From the human T2T-CHM13v2.0 reference genome, Homo sapiens: a stretch of 64,000 nt of DNA. The stretch lies in NCBI RefSeq assembly GCF_009914755.1, contig NC_060942.1, one strand, 5' to 3'. Of this stretch, positions 12,891-26,648 are shown piece after piece. How positions within the stretch are numbered: the first letter of the stretch is position 1; each line of letters starts with the position of its first letter. The translations under genes and the position numbers were made by a program. The notes beneath the pieces are model-generated. The model searched no databases, was not told the DNA's origin, and worked only from the letters and a program-made list of their open reading frames with translations.

Positions 12891-13421
12891 TGACTGATAG
12901 TGGCTTTACAAGAAAAATCTAACTCCTCTTTTTAGTCGCATGATTCTATATAGATTACAGTATAAACCTCAGGAATAGGTAATTGTTTGGAGTATTGGTT
13001 TTCTTATAATGGATTTATATATTATCCCAAGAATTCCTCATTCCCAAATGGTTTCTCTATATTTCACAGAATTCTGGCCCATAAAATCAGTTGCAATGTA
13101 TTAAGAGAACAACAAATGAATTTAAGCTAAGCCATTACTTCATATGAAATATAACTAATAAGATCTACAGCCAGAAAAACAGCCCAATATTGCATTGGTT
13201 CTGTGCCTATACAAACAAAAGCCCAATATCTTGAACAAGAATTTCAATAATTAACAAATGTTTGGTATTATACAAACTATTTTATACATGAGTACAGAAT
13301 GACCACTATGTATTAACATAGAAGTAAATACACTTGCACACACACTTACCCTAATATTTTAAGATGTGACCTATTGTGATTTAAATAAATTTTATATAAC
13401 TTACCTGACTATCACACTTAC

Positions 13422-13587
13422 CCGACTAACAGTGTGATCTTTATCTGTAATCTCTTGTCTATTTCTTGAAGCAGCTTTCTTGCTTTCTTGCGTCAATTCA
13501 AAATACTGTTCTTCCAGAAGGCCTCGCGCCAACTGCTCAGACTCAGCTTTTGTTTCTGCTAGATCCAACTGAGTAGCAAGAGTTTCT
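13422..13587 (-). CDS. ROCK1: ROCK1 exon 23 (166 nt), (K)ETLATQLDLAETKAESEQLARGLLEEQYFELTQE...DHTVSR
   Basis: ttgcag|A ... CGG|gtaagt. Confidence 0.97.
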
Positions 13588-13889
13588 CTGCAACAATTTT
13601 TTAAGAGAAACTGATGTAAACAAATTCAGTTCATCCTTCCAACTTAATCATATTCTTAAAAACACAATTAACTTTAAATGATAAAAAGAATTATTTTATT
13701 GCTTAAAATAAATTTAAATCCATTGCAAACTTTCTATAAAAGTAATGAATTTAACCTCTCACATGTTGAAAAATTATAAAAGAACTATTTAGTTTTCTAT
13801 CCCATATTGTGCTTAACTAAAAAAGGTCATAAAGCAATAGCAAATAGTCTGCTTTTGAAAAGAAATTTCTTGCAGATTTGGAATGGAAG

Positions 13890-14090
13890 GCAGCGTGGCA
13901 TAGTGGAAAAGTCATTGACTTGTTAATCAGCAGGCTAGACCCAGAACTTTATCTCTGTTTTATCATTAACTAATTGAGTAGAGACACTGGGCAAGTCCCT
14001 TACACTTCCTGCAGTTCAGTTTCATCAAATCTGTAAAATGAGATGGTTAAACTAGTCCCTTCCAGCTCTGAAATTAAATGAGATTATGAA
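13890..14090 (+). mobile_element. MIR
   Basis: gcagcgtggcatagtggaaaa...gggcaagtcccttacac...tcagtttc...atctgtaaaatgag. Confidence 0.75.
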
Positions 14091-14375
14091 AACTTATAAG
14101 AGATTTGCAAATCACTACAAACTAATCTGAGAATGCTCCCTGGAAATGATACTAAAACATTTCAGAACTGACATTCAGACCAAGACAACTCCAGTTTGCC
14201 TACTCTTCTCAAAGAGCCTCTCTTGGATAAGCTCTCTTAGTCACTACTGTATTCCCTGAACAGAGTAGGTGCTCAATAAATATGTTCTGAATGAGTAACT
14301 TCCACCTCCTATTTTCTAGTGAGTATTACAATTCAAATTTTCTGCCTGAAGCCTCAAGAGGGAGACATATAGTAA

Positions 14376-14376
<1 letters not shown>

Positions 14377-14425
<49 letters not shown>

Positions 14426-14431
14426 ACACAC
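14377..14431 (+). repeat. (CA)n microsatellite
   Basis: Direct observation. Confidence 0.98.
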
Positions 14432-14536
14432 AGAAAATTCATTAATTCACCCAACAGCTATTTACTTGAAGGTTTACTAAGTACTACACTATGTTTACTA
14501 TGCATCACGCTGTTCTAGGAATTAAGAGATACAGCA

Positions 14537-14748
14537 GGCCGGAAGCAGTGGCTCACCCCCATAATCCCAGCCCTTTGGGAGGCTGAGGCGGGCAGATCAT
14601 GAGGTCAGGAGTTGGAGACCAGTCTGCCAACGTAGTGGAACCCCATCTCTACTAAAAATACAAAAAATTAGCCAGGTGTGGTGGTGTGTGCCTGTAATCC
14701 CGGCTACTTGGGAGGCTGAGGTGACAGTGCAAGACTCCGTCTCAAAAA

Positions 14749-14795
<47 letters not shown>
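14537..14795 (+). mobile_element. Alu with a right-arm internal deletion and (TAAA)n tail
   Basis: ggaggctgag joined directly to gtgacagtgcaagactcc; TSD aagaga(t/c)acagca. Confidence 0.92.
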
Positions 14796-15925
14796 AGAGA
14801 CACAGCAGTAACAAAGTTCCTGCCCTCAGGGAGCATGCATTAGTGGGGCCGTACAGGCAATTTAAAAAATGAACAAGTGCTATATAGTATGCCACAGAGA
14901 ATAATACAAGATAAAATATGGAAAGTTATGAATATGATCACTTTTATTACAGGTTGATCAAGGAGGCCTCTCTGCTAAGACAACAGTAGAAGAAAAGTAG
15001 GGGGAAGAGAACAACAGATACTGTAAGGCTTTCCAAGGCAATACAAGGACTTTGACTTTTATTCTGGTACTCTGGTGTTTTAGAAAGATCATTCTGGCTG
15101 CTGTATTAAGATCAGACAGTAGGGGGACAATGGCAGAAGCTGGGATACCAGTTAGGAGACTACTGAAATAATCAAGATTGGAGATGATGGCAGTTTGGAC
15201 CAGGTCAGTAAATGGTACAAGTGGTGAGAAGTGATTAGAGTCTATACATAATTTTTAGTTAACACTGGGAAAATTTGTTGGTGGACTGCATTTAGAGTGT
15301 AAGAAAAAAAGAAGAGTCTAGGATGACTCTAAATTTTTCACTTAAACAACTAGGAATAACAGAATTGTTCAGGACTGAAATGAGGAAGACAGGAAGGAGC
15401 AGTTCGCAAGGTCAGGGAATCAGGAAGTTTTTCTGGACACGTTAAATGTGGGGTGCTTAACACTCAAGCAGAGATGTCAATTAGACAGCTGGATACGTAA
15501 GTCTGGAATTCAAGGGAGGATGTACTTGGACTCTGACACCATTTAAAGCCACAAGGCTGGATGAGAACAAGTAGGGAGTAATCCCTTGAGCACTCCAAAC
15601 TTTTAACGGTCTCAGCAATTAGAATGGAAAAAGGAACAAAGGAGGCTGAGAAAGAGTAGCCAGTTCAATAAGGAAAATACAGCATGTGGTGTCACAGAAG
15701 CCAAATGAAGACATTTTCTCAAGAGAGTAATCAACTAAGTCAAATCCTGCTATGAAATAAGGTGAGAACTGAGAAGTCACTATTAGGAAGACCCCACTGA
15801 CCTTGAGAAGAGTTGTTCTGTTAGCATGATGAATGCAAAAGTATGACTGGAGTGAGCTCAAGAGAGAATGAAAGAAGACGGTGGAAGATACCTGGTATGT
15901 CACTTTTCAAGTAAGTTGGCTATAA

Positions 15926-16282
<357 letters not shown>

Positions 16283-16332
16283 TAAATATGTTTACATAAC
16301 AATGATAATGACTACAAAAAGGTAAAAATTGA

Positions 16333-16653
<321 letters not shown>

Positions 16654-16872
16654 AGTCATATTCTTAAGTAGGCAGGAAGAGATAGGATCGAGGGACTAGC
16701 ATTAGATAAGAGCGTTAGCTCATGATGTCCATTTACATCATCAGAAGGAAGGCAGGGTTTATAGGTACTATTCTCTACTTAGAAGCTATTCTCACCAAGA
16801 TAATGAGTAGCCTTCAAAATAAATACAATGGACAATTTATGACTTTTTTGTGACCTTTCTCAATATTTGGCA

Positions 16873-17144
16873 CTTTTTTTTTTTTTTTGAGATGGAGTCT
16901 TGCTCTGTCACCCAGGCTGGAGTGCAGTGGTGTGATCTCGGCTCCTCCCGGGTTCACGCCATTCTCCTGCCTCAGCCTCCCGAGTAGCTGGGACTACAGG
17001 CGCCCGCCCGTAATTTTTTGTATTTTTAGTAGAGACGGGGTTTCTCCATGTTAGCCAGAATGGTCTCGATCTCCTGACCTCGTGATCCCCCCGCCTCAGC
17101 CTCCCAAAGTGCTGGGATTACAGGCGTGAGCCACCGTGCCCAGC
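16873..17144 (-). mobile_element. AluY-like, two small internal deletions
   Basis: ggttcacgccattctc diagnostic; TSD caatatttggcactttt. Confidence 0.93.
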
Positions 17145-17640
17145 AATATTTGGCACTTTTAATCACTTTCTCTTTCTTGAAATATCCTCCTCCCCCAGTT
17201 TTTGTGATACTCTACTCTGATGCAGACAAGTTAGTAGCTATGGTGGTGAAAGAGAATAGATGTTCTCTTCTGATTTTTAGGAAGCAAGGCCATTAGCTAA
17301 GTACAAGAATAAGGAAAAGCTGGAGATCTGAGTAGAGACGAGATGTGAAATAATTTTCTTAGGAGAGTAGTAGAGTTAGTACTTTAGGAAAAGAAAGGAT
17401 ATGCTGCCAATGCCAAATCTAAGAATATTGGGAGTGGTTCTGCTAGCTACTATAATACAGGGCTTCAGGTTCACGACATGTTCTTATCTGGAGTTTCTGC
17501 TTTGTGTTAAGATAAAAGTATCTGGGTTATACTTTAAGACACCAGAAAACCTATTTAATCCAGAATATATTTCTATCCCTGGTTATGCTACTGTGCAAGA
17601 GAAAAAGCAAGAAAGAATTAGATGGTTCAGGGTAAAATTA

Positions 17641-19441
17641 CCTGCATCTATACATTCATCCAGACTTCCTTTACAACTCTCCATAATGAAAGACTGTCTT
17701 TACTAATATTTAAGGTCAATCTCTCACCCTTATTCTCCTACCTCTTAAAAGAATTCAATAATCAATAATTCCATATTCTTCTGGATTATAAGATTATAAA
17801 GAATGGCTTTGTTCTTGTTTACAGGTATATTTCAAATGCCTAGAAAATTCTCTGGCCCATAGAATGCGCTCAGAAATTTTATTTATTTGAATGAATAGAT
17901 GTGGGGCTGTTCCTACTCTGATCTCCTTCCCATGCTCCATTTAAATATGCTCAAGTTTACACTACTGTTAAAAAGAAAGTGCTCTCCTTCACACTCTCCT
18001 CTAGCTACTGCTACATCCCCTTGCCATAACAGCCAAGTCTCCTGAATTGTTTAATTTAACAAACACTTGCTGAGCATCACAATGCTGCAGTTACAATTGT
18101 AGGTGCTAGACATACAGCAATGAATTGAACCTAAGAATGAAATATCTGAAAATTCCTCCTACCATAGAGCTTTGTTTCTAGCGGAAAAACAAAAACAATA
18201 AATACAACAGGTAAGAAAATTATATATTAGGAGGGAATAAGTGCTGCAGAGAAAAATAAAATAGGGAAGGATGAACTGGGCACCACGGTAGTGGGGTGGG
18301 GATGTTTGCAATTTAAAAAGCATATTCAGGGAAGGCCTTGTCAAATGATGTGGACCTGGAGAAGGGCCAAGGAGCAAGCCATGTAGATACTTGGAGGAAA
18401 CTGTTCCAGGCAGAGAGAAGAGCAATGTACATACCTGGAAGTAGGAGAGTGACTAATTGGTTTGTTGAATAGAAATAAGGCTAATCAGGCTGTTAGATAT
18501 ACTCTGTCTCTTGTTTTACCCTTTCCATTCAGTCTCAATCTACTTTAATACCTATTCTCATCTCTATTTAGAAGCTGTTCTCACCAAGATAATGAATAAC
18601 CTTCAATATAAATAAATGGACAATTTATGACTGTTTTTCTTGACCTTTGTGGGTATGTGGCACTTTTTAAAATTTAATTTAATTTTTATTTATTTATTCT
18701 TTTTTTGAGACAGTCTCACTCTGTTGCCCAGGATGGAGTGCCGTGGCACCATCTAGGCTCACTGCAAGCTCCGCCTCCCAGGTTCACGCCATTCTCCTGC
18801 CTCAGCCTCCCGAGTAGCTGGGACTACAGGCACCTGCCACCACGCCCGGCTAATTTTTTTGTATTTTCAGTAGAGACGGGGTTTCACCCTGTTAGCCAGG
18901 ATGGTCTCAATCTCCTGATATTGTGATCCGCCTGCCTCGGCCTCCCAAAGTGCTGGGATTACAGGCGTGAGCCACCATGCCCGGCCAATATGTGGCACTT
19001 TTAATCACTTTCTCTTTCTGGAAATATTCTCTTACCCCAGCTTTTGTGATATCCTGCTCTGATCTTCTCTTACACTGTTGGTAGCTTATTGGTTTCCCTT
19101 CCTCTGCCCATTCCTTAAAAGTCTAGGAGCTAGTAGTCTTTCCTCAGCCTTTGTGTCTTCTGATCCTACACTATGGATTACAATTTGCTACCTGAGAGGA
19201 CCAAATGAGCCTACAACAGTGCCCCCTGCATCTATATATTCATCCAGACTTCCTTTACAACTCTCCATAATGAAAGACTGTCTTTAATAATATTTAAGGT
19301 CAATCTCTCACCCTTATTCTCCTACCTCTTAAAAGAATTCAATAATCAATAATTCCATATTCTTCTGGATTATAAGATTATAAAGAGTGGCTTTGTTCTT
19401 GTTCACACAGGTATATTTCAAATGCCTAGAAAATTGTCTGG
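17641..19441 (+). repeat. Direct duplication of about 215 bp (17641-17855 and 19225-19441)
   Basis: Near-identical cctgcatctata...tagaaaatt(c/g)tctgg. Confidence 0.97.
18700..18986 (-). mobile_element. AluY-like, paralogous to the 16873 copy
   Basis: ctgcaagctccgcc, ttcacgccattc; same flanking sequence as the 16873 Alu. Confidence 0.93.
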
Positions 19442-21470
19442 AGGGATCCAGACACACATACACAAACATACACCTAAAAGAGTTTTGGGTCAACCTTTTA
19501 CATAAAAATTCAGATTCTTGGTTTCTCTTGAAAAATCAGAAGATCCTGACATACTGGGCCAGTGTTATCATGTGGTAACAAATGGCTGGAACTGAGAAGG
19601 CGAGATCTTCAGTTTGTTACAATCCTTACAACTTACATTAACGAATATATCTGCACTTAGACCCCACTAATTACAGCCTAGTTACACCTATGGCATCATA
19701 GGCTCATGAGTTTATAAACTCTGAGATACACAATCACCTTAACAGATCTCTATATTAGTGGTTTCTGTATGCAAAGACTATCAAATCAGCTTCAAGTTCT
19801 TATCTTTTATCTGCATTCTAAAGCAATAAGCCCAAATACAGTGGTATCCATTTCTGTTTGGACATCCCATAGGCACCTCAAACTCAATAGGCCTGAAATT
19901 AAAATAATCTTCTCTCCTCTCATCTCACAATTTTGGCATTCCTTAGCTCAGGGACCAGCACTACCATCAACTCAACAGCTCTGGTCAGAAACTTGGGAGT
20001 CAGCCTGAAAATTATCCTAACCTTTACCCCTATGCCTCCAAATCTACAAATCCTACTTCTTTTACTTCCTACTTCGTTTTATGCACTTGCCTCCTACTGC
20101 CAACTTCCACTATAATTTTACATCTAAGTTTTGCCAGCGGTTATATAATTGGGCTCCCTGCATCCACCCAGCTTTCCCTTACTTCAATTCATTCTCCACT
20201 CCTTAGAGTGAGTTTTCTAAAATACTTATCAGTCACTAGCTTAGGATTTTCATTTATTCATTCAATATTTATTGAATACTTATTCTCTGAAAGTCCCTGA
20301 TTGGAGTGCTGGGAATAGACAATAGACAACAATAGAAGAAACAAAAGTCCCCACTTTTCAATATTTTAAACTCTTCAGCATGATACACAAGGTCCTTTGT
20401 AATCTGACTCAGTTTTCTCTCTCCAGCCTTATCTGTCACGAACTAACCATTTGCTGTTCCTCAGATCACAGATTGGCTTCTGCCTATATTGTCCCTTGTT
20501 CCCCACATCCCATTCCCTGGCTAATTCTACTTTCCATCGGTTGTGATCTCTGTTAGGAAATGTTCTCTGAATCCCACATGGTAAGATGAGGTATCCTTTG
20601 GCATAGCCACTATACCTTGATTATATCTCTCCTAACTTGATTCTGAAGCACCTGAAGAATCATAACTTACTAATAATTGGATAGCTGCACAAAGCACAGT
20701 ACTTATAGCACAATACTGGTGATCCATATATTTGTCTTGAATAGATGAAAAAGGGAAAATATATCAACTCTGAAACAATATAGTATGGATTGAATATTTG
20801 GCACTTTTAATCACTTTCTCTTTCTGTTCCTCAGATCACTGATTGGCTTCTGCCTAAACTGTCCCCTTCACAGTGAATGCATACACCTGGGATTGCATAT
20901 TGCACTGTGAATACCACACAAATGGTAGGTAACAGACTAGATTCTACAATATGACTATATCAGAGAATAACCAGGAAATGCAGCTTTGTGTCTACCTTAG
21001 CTTCCAGTTAATTAGGTTATCTAACTATGATACTTGGCCACCGAATTAGTATGTTTATACCCGCTGTGATGCTAAAATTTAAGATAATATACAGCTCTGC
21101 AACAAACTATTGTCAATTTTGGACCTTAAATATTTTAATCAATATAATCAACTCGATTAAGGCAACTTAATTGCAAAAAGATGCAATTATACTTAATTGT
21201 AATCAAGTCAACAAAGTTAAACAACAAAAAGTCTAAGTTTATTTATAAAACTAGTGAAAATAAAAGTTATGTATTCCAACAAAAAAAAAAAAAAATGAAG
21301 AATGATAAAAGTGAGTATCTCCAGTTTGCAACACCTAATGTATTAAGGATCTAACATTGAATGCCATAGTGGTTAACAACAGAAATAGGCAACCAGAAAG
21401 TACAAGGCTATATATGAATTAGTCTTCTTCCTCCTAAAAATCAGATTTGAATCTGATTAAGCTTCTAAAT

Positions 21471-21676
21471 CAGAAATGTCCAATAAAACTTTCCAGGATG
21501 TCAGAAATGTTCTATATCTGTACCATCTATTATAATATGGTAGACACTAACTGCATGTGACTACTGAGCACCTGAAATACGACTAGTACATCTGAGGAAC
21601 TAAGTTTTAATTTTACGTAATTGAATTTAAATTTAAGTAACTACATGTGGCTACTGGCCACCATATTGGGCAGAGG
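21471..21676. mobile_element. MER3-like hAT-Charlie element
   Basis: tgtccaataaaactttcc...aaatgttctatatctg...acatgtggctactggccaccatattgggcag. Confidence 0.8.
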
Positions 21677-22167
21677 AGCTCTAGATACAACTACTGACTT
21701 CCAGGAAACATAAGGGAAATGGGGAATGTTCAACCAACTACAGAAATGCAATCAATAAAATCGCAACTGAGGGAACATCTACAGGACAAAAAAATCCAGT
21801 TTCTTCAACAAATTAGTTTTAGGATGGTGATTACTCTTGAGGTGGGGAGGAAAGAAGGCATAATTAGGAGGTGGGATATAGTGGGCTTCTGAAGTGGATA
21901 GCAAGGTTCTCTTTCATGGATGATGATGGTTATAATGACATTTGTCATAGTTCATAAGAACTGTATTAGTTTTGCTGTTTTCTGTAATTGTTTGTTTCAA
22001 CAACAGTCTTTCAAAGGTGATTAAATGTAAAGAGAATATAACAATGTTGGAAAACTAGTTCTAGTGTCTGTTCTGACATTACCTAGCTATGAGATACTCC
22101 GCAGGAGTTACTATCTTGTTGCGCCTGTCAGCTGAATTCTAAAATGAAGCTGTTACACTTGAAATAG

Positions 22168-22305
<138 letters not shown>

Positions 22306-22416
22306 TAACCTGCATAGTAATCCTAAGAAGACCTTAAATACCTTTATCTAACTTAAAATAATGATTTGCAAAGACAGCATGATTTATATATAAATAGATC
22401 TTTTAAAATTGATACT

Positions 22417-22819
<403 letters not shown>

Positions 22820-22985
22820 TCACCATAAAGGCAAATTTCAGCCTAATCTGATTTGTTCTGAATTAGCCCAATAAACTGTGTTCTATACCATTCCCACCAG
22901 AATAATGGCACATCTATTCACTAACTTAAAACTTAAGAATGCCTGTTGCAGTACTGATTCTTGTTCTAAAGTAAAATGGACATAC

Positions 22986-23080
22986 TTTTCATTTTGTAGT
23001 TCCTGTATTTTCTTTAAATTTTCTCTGTTTTTTTCTTCAATTTCTTCTTTAAGTTCCTTTACCTGGGTTTTATAAAGTGT
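22986..23080 (-). CDS. ROCK1: ROCK1 exon 22 (95 nt), TLYKTQVKELKEEIEEKNRENLKKIQELQNE(K)
   Basis: ttgcag|ACA ... GAAAA|gtatgt; ORF 22883..23098. Confidence 0.97.
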
Positions 23081-23119
23081 CTGCAAAACAAGTGACAAGG
23101 AGAAATAAGTGTTTATGGT

Positions 23120-23710
23120 GGGTTAAAAACAATTTGGCAGTTTCTTATAAATTTAAAAAATTAACATATGATCCAACAATTCCACTCTCAAGTATTTACC
23201 CATGACAAATGCAAATATATGTCAACACCTAGTCTTACACATGAATTTCCCTTATGGTTTTATTTATAACAGCTCCAAACTGGAAATGACCCAGACATCC
23301 ATCAATACATGGGTTAAAAAAAAAACAAAAAACAAAACTGTGGTTAATTCATATTACTCAGCAATAAAAAGGAATGAACTACTGATACATACAACATGTA
23401 AATCTAAGAAATCTAAAAAATATGCTGAGTGAAAGAAACCACGTGTTAAAGAGTGTATACTGTGACTCCATGTAGATGAAATTCTAGGACAGGTGAAAAT
23501 AATCAATAATCATGGAAAAACAGTCATTGTCTGTGTATAGAGGTGGGTGGGGAAAATGTAGAGTGAAGGGCCATAAGGGAACTTTTTGCAGTGAAAAAAA
23601 AATGTTCCACATGTTGACTGTGGTGGTGGTCACACAGATGTACATATTTGTCAAAATTTACTAACCAGTACACTTAAAATGGGTATATTATATAGAAATT
23701 ATAGCTTAAT
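23120..23710 (+). mobile_element. L1ME-like 3' fragment
   Basis: aacaatttggcagtttctt, tactcagcaataaaaaggaatgaactactgatacat, tgctgagtgaaagaa. Confidence 0.75.
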
Positions 23711-24010
23711 GGCCAGGTGCGGTGGCTCACGCCTGTAATCCCAGCACTTTGGGAGGCCAAGGCGGGCAGATCACAAGGTCAGGAGATTGAGAGCATCCTG
23801 GCTAACACAGTGAAACCTCGTTTCTACTAAAAATACAAAAAATTAGCTGGGCGTGGTGGCATGCTACTGTAATCCCAGCTACTCAGGAGGCTGAGGCAGG
23901 AGAATCGCTTGAACCCAGGAGTGGGAGGTTGCAGTGAGCCAAGATCATGCCACTACTCTCCAGCCTGGGCGACAGAGTGAGATTCCATCTCAAAAAAAAA
24001 AAAAAAAAAG
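23711..24010 (+). mobile_element. Alu (Sc-like)
   Basis: Full dimer; TSD attatagcttaat. Confidence 0.95.
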
Positions 24011-24188
24011 ACATTATAGCTTAATAAAGTGTATTATAGATTTGGGAAGACGTTATAAAGAAATTTAACACATATTACTAATTTAAAGGTTAGATCAATT
24101 CTTGACTAATGTTAGAAAAATCACTTCTGTTTTGAGGGGTGGGATGTACTGGGTAGTTGAGAGACAGGTAAAGAAATATCCACAAAAG

Positions 24189-24480
24189 GGCCGGGCGCAG
24201 TGGCTCACGCCTGTAATTCCAGCACTTTGGGAGGCCGAGGCGGGCAGATCATGGGGTCAGGAGATCGAAACCATCCTGGTTAACATGGTGAAACCCCGTC
24301 TCTACTAAAAGTACAAAAAATTAGCTAGGCATGGTGGCGGGCGCCTGTAGTTCCAGCTACTCGGGATGCTGAGGCAGGAGAATGGCGTGAACCCGGGAGG
24401 CAGAGCTTGCAGTGAGCCAAGATCGTGCCACTTGCTCTCCAGCCTGGGCAAGAGGGTGAAACTCCGTCTCAAAAAAAAAA
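24189..24480 (+). mobile_element. AluY-like
   Basis: aatggcgtgaacccgggagg; TSD aagaaatatccacaaa. Confidence 0.95.
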
Positions 24481-25344
24481 GAAATATCCACAAATAAGAT
24501 TTATCAAGTATTCTGCTAACATATCTATAATATATGCTTATTTCAGAACAATGGCTCTTACAAAATTCACTAAGCTTTTGCCAACGCCAGTGAAAAATAT
24601 TTAACACATCAGACTCATATTGTGTTAGTTGCTGAAGTTACAGAGTGAACTTCCAGTTCTGATGTCTATTTCTTTTTAACTACCCTCTTCATTTTAAAAG
24701 AAAAAGAGAAGGGAAAGAAATAGCAAGGGCCAGGAAACAGCTGTGGAGAACTACTTTTAACACTTATTTATTACACTAAGAAACAGCACTTTCCTAGGCA
24801 AAAAATACATAAATGTCCATGGGAATGCAAATGAAAAAAGAATAAGGGCTTACTCTAGGTTAAGTATTTATAATTTCTAAAATTAATCTATTTGGCCTTT
24901 AGGACTCAGATTCTTATCTCTCTGACTTCAAATACTGAAATTCAAATAAGTAAATCAATGAAGGGATAAAAAGAAAAATAATCTGATTTGAAAACCCAGA
25001 AAAAAGACAAATCTTAAAATTTGGTTCATAACAGCTTATTGAATTGAATGCTATTTAATCCAATGCCCACAAGCAATGGAATAAATCAGAACTGAGATAG
25101 GGTCAGGTTTTGTACTATTTTCTAGAAGCAAAATCAAAAATCCACAAGAATCACCACAAGTCATTTGACACCCATCCAAACATTTGGAGGCACTGGATGA
25201 CTGCTCTGTGGAAGCATATGGCAAGAAAGCATATGGGATGCTACCGATCACTTTGCAGAAGTTAGCAGTAGATACTTTGAATAATTACGTTTAGCAAACA
25301 CTCAGGGAAAGAGTTTTCAACAATATTTAAAAGTCTTTCATTTT

Positions 25345-25626
25345 GTTTATGAGACAGAGTCTTGCTGTCACCCAGGCTGCAGCACAGATGACCTTGGCTT
25401 ATTATAATGTCCAACTACTGGACTCAAGCAATTCTCCTGCCTCAGCCTCCTGAGTAGCTGCGACTACAGGTGCCTGCCACCACAATCGGCTAATTTTTGT
25501 ATTTGTAGTAGAGACGGGGTTTCACCATGTTGGCCAGGCTGGTCTTGAACTCCTGACCTCAAGTGATCCACTCGCCTCGGCCTCCCAAAGTGCTGGGATG
25601 ACAGGTGTGAGCCACCGCACCTGGCC
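25345..25626 (-). mobile_element. Alu
   Basis: Dimer with a diverged right arm. Confidence 0.9.
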
Positions 25627-25837
25627 TGAAAAGTTTTTACAATTTAAAAACATATACCAATGATAGCCTAATATGCCAAGAAACAAATGGACAAACAAAA
25701 AGCAGAAAAGTCACAATGTTTATTAGAAGATGAAGAGTCATTTGAAAAAGAATTACAGTTCACATAAAAGAATCTAAATACCTTGTTTTAAGTCAGGTTT
25801 TGAAACAGTGTGTATGTTAAAAATGATTCTCACTTAC

Positions 25838-25907
25838 CGAGAAATATTGCTCAGCTTCAAGCTGATCTTGTAGCTCCCGCATCTGTCCTTCATTTCCTCT
25901 ATACTGT
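25838..25907 (-). CDS. ROCK1: ROCK1 exon 21 (70 nt), (K)QYRGNEGQMRELQDQLEAEQYFS (Shroom-binding region)
   Basis: ctgaag|A ... TCG|gtaagt; the reading frame requires the AAG acceptor. Confidence 0.96.
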
Positions 25908-26576
25908 CTTCAGATGAAAAGAAAAACAAGTGAACAAACGCTCCTACTTATACTAGACTTCATTTTTTCTTAGTTTGTTAAAGTTGCTAATATAAAAAAG
26001 TTTACTAAAACAATCTTTATTTTTTAAAAACATACTTCATTATTCATTATTTTACTAATTAACTTGGTCAGGCCACACCGGTTCTATCTTGCTCCTTATA
26101 AAATGACGCTATGCAAAAGTAGTGAGAACCCTTTTCTACTGATGATCACTTTTTGGAGAATATTAATTGTGGATCTATCCAAAATGAAAAAATAAAATTG
26201 ATACCATATTTTTGGTAAATTTTTACAGAGAAAAGCAGTCATAGGGAAGAAAATGTCTTGTACAGTAAATAAAAAAAGAGGGGGGCATGAAAAATTTAAT
26301 AATAATTCAGTGCTACATATCATAGTACTATATTTAATAAGTAATAATTCAGTACTGCATACTAGATATTATGGCCAATTAAGCACAAGAAAGGGGCTGG
26401 TGGAAATGAACCATCAGGTAAGAAGGGAAAGCAAGAACAACAAACTGACAAACAAGGAGGAACGCAGATAGACAACTGCATGTATATAATACATACATAA
26501 ACACAACTCACATAGGAGCAGAGTCCAAAAGATGGAAACCCAATGTAACCCAAAGACACAGATTTTCAATAATTAT

Positions 26577-26648
26577 TTACTGTATAATATGAAAGCCTAG
26601 CAGCTAGGCTTGAAAATCTAGCGGCTAGACTTTCATATTAGACAGTAA
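26577..26648. repeat. Nested inverted repeat (31-bp arms, 10-bp spacer)
   Basis: Arms match 28/31 as reverse complements. Confidence 0.93.

Noticed and set aside
26298-26368. Short direct repeat aataattcagt(g/a)ct(a/g)cata
   Set aside because: Two degenerate copies of about 20 bp; ordinary slippage duplication, not an array.
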